This document shows positions 60,094 to 64,000 of a stretch of DNA of 64,000 bases, in pieces (the stretch's first letter is position 1; each line of letters starts with the position of its first letter). The DNA comes from a virus. The translations under genes were made by a program, and so were the position numbers. The stretch is from IMG/VR virus record IMGVR_UViG_3300042519_001698; one strand, written 5' to 3'. The notes below the pieces were generated by a model, which had not been told where the DNA came from, searched no databases, and saw nothing but the letters and a program-made list of their open reading frames with translations.

Positions 60094-61320
60094 ATGTCGA
60101 AAATTAAAATTTTAGCAATTGCTTCAGATAAACACGGTGTCGGTAAGTTCAGAATTATGGACCCATATAAATTTATTGGTGAAAATTTCACTGATGATGT
60201 ACATGTGGATTTTTCATTTAACGCCGAAGATAACGATGAGTTTTTTTTAAATTACAATATTGTTGTATTTCACACGTTTATTCATCAAACAACTCACGAA
60301 CATAATGTAAAGAGAATTATTTGGTTACAAAAACAAGGTATTAAAGTAATCATGGACATTGACGATTTATGGTTTGTCGACCAACGTCATCCAATGTATC
60401 ACCAAATTAAACATTCTAAGATAGGTGAAATGAAAGTTGAAATGATGAGACTTTCAGATTATGTTACAACCACTACTCCAATTTTCTCGAAGACAATTAA
60501 AGATAGGTTAAAAATAAAAAATGTTTTAGTATTTCCAAATGCCGTTAATGAACAAGAACCACAGTTTCAACCAAAACCAACAAAATCAAATAAAGTAAGA
60601 TTTGGTTGGTTAGGTGGGTCATCACATTTACATGATATCGATTTAATGGCTCAAGGTATTTCAACCACACACAATTCATATAAAGACAAGGTTCAATTTG
60701 TACTATGTGGATTTGATACAAGAGGAAAAGTTACCGAAATTGATAGTAACACTGGTCAACAAAGACAAAGAGATATTCAACCATTAGAGACGGTTTGGTA
60801 TAAATATGAAAGTATATTTACAGATAAATTTACCGTTTTAAATCCTGAACATAAAGCATATCTATCAACCTTTACTAATGGTGTGTATAATGATGAGAAT
60901 GAACCATATAGAAGAAGATGGACTCAAGACATTACCACATATGCTAATAACTACAACATGTTTGACGTATCATTAGCACCATTAGTGGTGTCTGATTTTA
61001 ACATTAATAAATCACAATTAAAAGTTATCGAAGCTGGTTTCCATAAAAAAGCGGTAATTGCAAGTGAAACTGACCCATATCTTTTAGACTTAGTAAATGC
61101 GGTTGATAATGGGGTTTTCAACAAGAATGGTAATGCTTTATTAGTCAATCCAAAAAGAAATCATAAAGATTGGGCTAAACAAATGAAACGTTTAATCGAC
61201 AACCCTAATATGATTGAAGATTTAGGTAATAGATTATATGAAACAGTTAAAGACACATATTCATTAAAAAAAGTGTGTAACGATAGAGTAGAATTTTTCA
61301 AATCAATTATAAATAAATAA
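60094..61320 (+). CDS. Glycosyltransferase (GT-B fold)
   Basis: MDIDDLW, VTTTT, VFPNA, FGWLGGSSHLHD, FDVSLAPL...FN..KSQLKVIEAG. Confidence 0.85.
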   Translation: MSKIKILAIASDKHGVGKFRIMDPYKFIGENFTDDVHVDFSFNAEDNDEFFLNYNIVVFHTFIHQTTHEHNVKRIIWLQKQGIKVIMDIDDLWFVDQRHPMYHQIKHSKIGEMKVEMMRLSDYVTTTTPIFSKTIKDRLKIKNVLVFPNAVNEQEPQFQPKPTKSNKVRFGWLGGSSHLHDIDLMAQGISTTHNSYKDKVQFVLCGFDTRGKVTEIDSNTGQQRQRDIQPLETVWYKYESIFTDKFTVLNPEHKAYLSTFTNGVYNDENEPYRRRWTQDITTYANNYNMFDVSLAPLVVSDFNINKSQLKVIEAGFHKKAVIASETDPYLLDLVNAVDNGVFNKNGNALLVNPKRNHKDWAKQMKRLIDNPNMIEDLGNRLYETVKDTYSLKKVCNDRVEFFKSIINK

Positions 61321-61331
61321 AACAAAAACAA

Positions 61332-61568
61332 ATGCACTACTTAGTAACTATCGGTTATGAAACCGACCAACAGGACAGAGCTGGTAATCCTCGTCTTCAA
61401 AAATTAAAGTATATTATTGAAGCAGAAACAGTGGAAGAGGCGACTATTGTTGCTTCAAAGTATAGAGCGGGAGACGTTCGTGGAAGTGAAAGCATTTCAG
61501 TCGCTAAAATGGCAATTGAATGTATTATCGACCAAAAGAATACTCCTGAATATTACAAAATTAAATAA
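61332..61568 (+). CDS. Hypothetical protein
   Basis: 78-aa ORF in an operon. Confidence 0.8.
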   Translation: MHYLVTIGYETDQQDRAGNPRLQKLKYIIEAETVEEATIVASKYRAGDVRGSESISVAKMAIECIIDQKNTPEYYKIK

Positions 61569-61589
61569 CAATTTAAAACACCAACTGAT

Positions 61590-61802
61590 ATGGATTTCTA
61601 TAGTCGTGAAATACAAATTATGCGTCAATCGCAAAGTAAAATGGCATTAGAGTACGTAACATCAGTTGGTGTTTCGGTTACTTTAGAGGAGTTGATACGT
61701 ATAACCGATTTATTCGTGGAAATATGTTTAAGACCTCAAGATGATGACCTTAAAAAAAGAATTAAGGCATTAGATAAATGGTTGGAAGAAAAGAAAAAGT
61801 AA
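61590..61802 (+). CDS. Hypothetical protein
   Basis: 70-aa ORF in an operon. Confidence 0.75.
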   Translation: MDFYSREIQIMRQSQSKMALEYVTSVGVSVTLEELIRITDLFVEICLRPQDDDLKKRIKALDKWLEEKKK

Positions 61803-61804
61803 AA

Positions 61805-62428
61805 ATGGAAAAAGAAGAATTGGAAGGTTATGTAAATAAATTAAAAGAAATGGAATTATCACTAATGAGTGATGAAACATTTGACGTTAATTTCATACAA
61901 GAATTGGACGATGTTTTAGGTAAATTAGCGAGTGATGTTGAAAAACAAGTTACACCTAAGATGCCTAATTTTCCCACAAATTTTGGTACCATGAGTGAGG
62001 GTGTTATGGTTAAAGTTAAAAAACTACATCCAAACGCGGTGATTCCATCATATTCTAAAGTTGGAGATGCTGGTATGGATTTAACAATAACAAAAGAAAT
62101 TGAAAACACATCATTTAGTGTTTCTTATGGTTTTGGGATTGCAATGGAGATACCTAAAGGACATGTTGGTTTAGTGTTCCCTCGTTCATCCGTTCGTAAT
62201 CAAGATTTGATTTTATCTAATTGTGTTGGTGTAATTGATAGTGGTTATAGAGGTGAACTTCAAGCAACATTCAAAAAAACACAAGGTTTAGATTCTATAA
62301 AATATAATGTTGGTGATAGAGGAGCTCAAATAATCATATTACCATATCCACAGGTATTTATGACTGAAGTACCCGAATTATCCGAATCTGATAGAGGTCA
62401 AGGTGGGTTTGGAAGTACTGGAAAATAA
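61805..62428 (+). CDS. dut: dUTPase (trimeric type) with an acidic N-terminal extension
   Basis: AGMDL, PRSS, GVIDSGYRG, AQ, RGQGGFGSTG; start moved to the ATG at 61805. Confidence 0.93.
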   Translation: MEKEELEGYVNKLKEMELSLMSDETFDVNFIQELDDVLGKLASDVEKQVTPKMPNFPTNFGTMSEGVMVKVKKLHPNAVIPSYSKVGDAGMDLTITKEIENTSFSVSYGFGIAMEIPKGHVGLVFPRSSVRNQDLILSNCVGVIDSGYRGELQATFKKTQGLDSIKYNVGDRGAQIIILPYPQVFMTEVPELSESDRGQGGFGSTGK

Positions 62429-62470
62429 GATATTTATAAATAATAAAAGTAGAATTTAAAAAAAGATATT

Positions 62471-63199
62471 TTGGCATTAAAACCTAAAATCAGTAAAAAC
62501 CAACCAACCGTCCTAATCGAAGAAAAGAAAACATCACATAAAGATAAGATTAGACAAATTATCAAAAAACCCAAAGAAAAGTTTTTAACCAAAAACCAAG
62601 AAACTTATTGGAATGTTCTTGGGGAAAATCAAATCACATTATGTTTCGGTCCTGCGGGTGTGGGTAAGTCCTATATAGCGATGAAACGTGCGGTAGACCT
62701 ATTACACGACGATTCTAACAAGTATGAGAAGATTATTATAGTTAGACCCGCAGTTGAGGCTGAGGAGAAATTAGGGTCACTTCCAGGTGGTTTAGAAGAG
62801 AAATTAGATCCATACATATATCCATCATATTATCTTTTAAATAAGATTATTGGTAAAGAGGCTCGTGAAACTTTAAAAGATATGGGTTATATTGAAGTTG
62901 CTGCTCTTGCTTACATGAGAGGATGGAACGTCGATAATACAATATTAGTTTTTGAAGAAGCACAAAACGCTACACCGTCCCAAATTAAGTTATTACTTAC
63001 TCGTATTGGTTATAACTCAAAATTCTTTATTTCAGGAGATTTAGAACAATCTGACAAATATAAAGATAAAACCAAATCAGGACTTTACGACGCTAAAAAA
63101 AGATTACACGATGTTAAAGGAATTGGAATCTTTGAATTTGGAATGGAAGACATCGTAAGAAACCCAATCATAGGTGAAATATTGAATAGATACGATTAG
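62471..63199 (+). CDS. phoH: PhoH-family ATPase
   Basis: GPAGVGKS, RPAVEA, LGSLPG, YMRG, EEAQN, GDLEQSD, VRNP; TTG start. Confidence 0.93.
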   Translation: MALKPKISKNQPTVLIEEKKTSHKDKIRQIIKKPKEKFLTKNQETYWNVLGENQITLCFGPAGVGKSYIAMKRAVDLLHDDSNKYEKIIIVRPAVEAEEKLGSLPGGLEEKLDPYIYPSYYLLNKIIGKEARETLKDMGYIEVAALAYMRGWNVDNTILVFEEAQNATPSQIKLLLTRIGYNSKFFISGDLEQSDKYKDKTKSGLYDAKKRLHDVKGIGIFEFGMEDIVRNPIIGEILNRYD

Positions 63200-63201
63200 G
63201 G

Positions 63202-63232
63202 TTTACTTATATCCCTAATCGTTCTATATTTT
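63202..63232 (+). promoter_or_regulatory. Near-consensus Bacteroidota-type promoter
   Basis: TTTA-N19-TATATTTT, 3 nt before the ATG at 63236. Confidence 0.45.
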
Positions 63233-63235
63233 ACT

Positions 63236-63883
63236 ATGGAAATATTTTTAAGTATTGATGGTGTATTGAGAAACACTATTCAAAAATTTGACTACCATTA
63301 TAAAGACGCATATCTCGATTCTGAAACTGACGATACGTTTGAGTATAATGTAATTGAGCCAATTCATAATAATAACATTTTAGATTCATACAAATTCCAA
63401 TCACAGGAAGAGTATGAATATTTTACATTTATAGAATATCCAATCGAGATATTTGGTCACGCTGGTCTAAGCTATTCAACAACATTTAGTGATTTGAATA
63501 GAATGATACATGAAAATCCAGAACACACTTTCACATTAGTCGGTCTTGATGAACTTGGTAAATCGAAACCAGCCACTTTATTCTTTTTATCTAAGAATGG
63601 ATTTCTTGGTAATAACATAACGTTTATTAAAAGCCAAGACATTGAAAATATGTGGTCCAAATGTGATGTTTGGATTACGGATTGTGAAAAAATATTAGAA
63701 AAATGTCTTGATGAAAAAATAGGAATTAAATTCAATACGACTTATAATCAATACTTTACTTATAAAAAAGAAATAACTAAATTAACTGAAATACAAGAAC
63801 CATGGTTGAACTATTTGGAAAAACCTACTACATTGACCTTGACGGAATCACAGCCAAATGTGGAACCGGAAAAAACATTGTAG
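63236..63883 (+). CDS. HAD-superfamily 5'(3')-deoxyribonucleotidase-like protein
   Basis: N-terminal SIDGVLR (degenerate DxD motif), ATLFFL, CDVWITD; next to dut and phoH. Confidence 0.6.
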   Translation: MEIFLSIDGVLRNTIQKFDYHYKDAYLDSETDDTFEYNVIEPIHNNNILDSYKFQSQEEYEYFTFIEYPIEIFGHAGLSYSTTFSDLNRMIHENPEHTFTLVGLDELGKSKPATLFFLSKNGFLGNNITFIKSQDIENMWSKCDVWITDCEKILEKCLDEKIGIKFNTTYNQYFTYKKEITKLTEIQEPWLNYLEKPTTLTLTESQPNVEPEKTL

Positions 63884-64000
63884 AAGAAGACGAAGTCGAG
63901 GGAGAGACACTTGAAATTAACATATTCAAGTATGAAATAATAAAAATGTGTTTAGAAAGGATTCTATCTGAATATGAGGAAGTTGACGATACGTTAGGTG
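63802..64000 (+). CDS. Hypothetical protein, partial at the right edge
   Basis: Manual translation MVELFGKTYYIDLDGITAKC...KYEIIKMCLERILSEYEEVDDTLG, open to the edge; overlaps the previous ORF by 82 nt. Confidence 0.6.
   Translation, partial: MVELFGKTYYIDLDGITAKCGTGKNIVEEDEVEGETLEINIFKYEIIKMCLERILSEYEEVDDTLG

Noticed and set aside
19934-61805. Longer ORF-track starts at 20653, 37597, 42710, 46155 and 61778
   Set aside because: They overlap upstream genes or promoter boxes; the downstream ATGs at 20611, 37576, 42671, 46098 and 61805 fit operon spacing and promoters better.
27053-63883. Stop-codon reassignment (amber or opal recoding, as in some Bacteroidota phages)
   Set aside because: Conserved genes are full length in code 11; TAG ends polB (47251) and phoH (63199) and TGA ends the 27053 gene at natural positions.
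63802-63883. 82-nt overlap between the HAD-like gene and the last partial ORF as a recoding signal
   Set aside because: The downstream ORF has its own ATG and no slippery run is evident; a simple overlap is sufficient.
1-64000. CRISPR array
   Set aside because: All repeats seen are contiguous coding tandem repeats without unique spacers; no cas genes.
1-64000. Diversity-generating retroelement or retron
   Set aside because: No reverse transcriptase motifs and no roughly 100-bp template/variable repeat pair with adenine-specific mismatches seen by eye; an RT could lie outside the window.
1-64000. tRNA or rRNA genes
   Set aside because: Intergenic gaps are short and none showed cloverleaf or T-loop (GTTCRA) features by eye; tRNAscan-SE would be decisive.

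Overview
AT-rich segment of a large contractile-tailed (myovirus-type) jumbo phage with T4-like structural modules; standard genetic code. The host is probably Bacteroidota: two perfect TTTG-N19/20-TAnnTTTG promoters are present and I saw no Shine-Dalgarno motifs. Left to right: Pro/Thr- and Gly/Ser-repeat virion proteins and baseplate genes (gp6-like, gp25-like); an inserted replication/recombination operon (ssb, recA, 5'-3' exonuclease, DnaB-like helicase, nrdB, nrdA); a Dps/ferritin-like gene; a tail module (1958-aa hub, LysM/gp53-like, tube-initiator with an OmpA-like insert, tape measure, gp26-like chaperone, tube, sheath) interrupted by an L,D-transpeptidase cassette; neck/tail-completion genes interleaved with an SNF2 helicase, family B DNA polymerase and a 2OG-Fe(II) oxygenase; large adhesin-like proteins; then an operon of unknown proteins (48-aa repeat protein, stand-alone WYL protein), a glycosyltransferase, dUTPase, PhoH and a HAD nucleotidase. 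The most interesting observations are: (1) a probable programmed +1/-2 frameshift at UUU-UUU-CGU in the chaperone gene between tube and tape measure; (2) a set of unrelated late proteins sharing L/I-x-E terminal tags that look like capsid-targeting/protease-cleavage signals, suggesting injected cargo including the L,D-transpeptidase and WYL protein; (3) a sense-strand TATTTATA candidate late promoter before 15 genes; (4) an unannotated ribbon-helix-helix gene with 10-bp-phased operator-like repeats beside the sheath promoter; (5) a kissing-loop-like RNA in the nrdA 3' UTR; (6) parS-like and DnaA-box-like host motifs. All family assignments come from motif recognition by eye; no database search was run.
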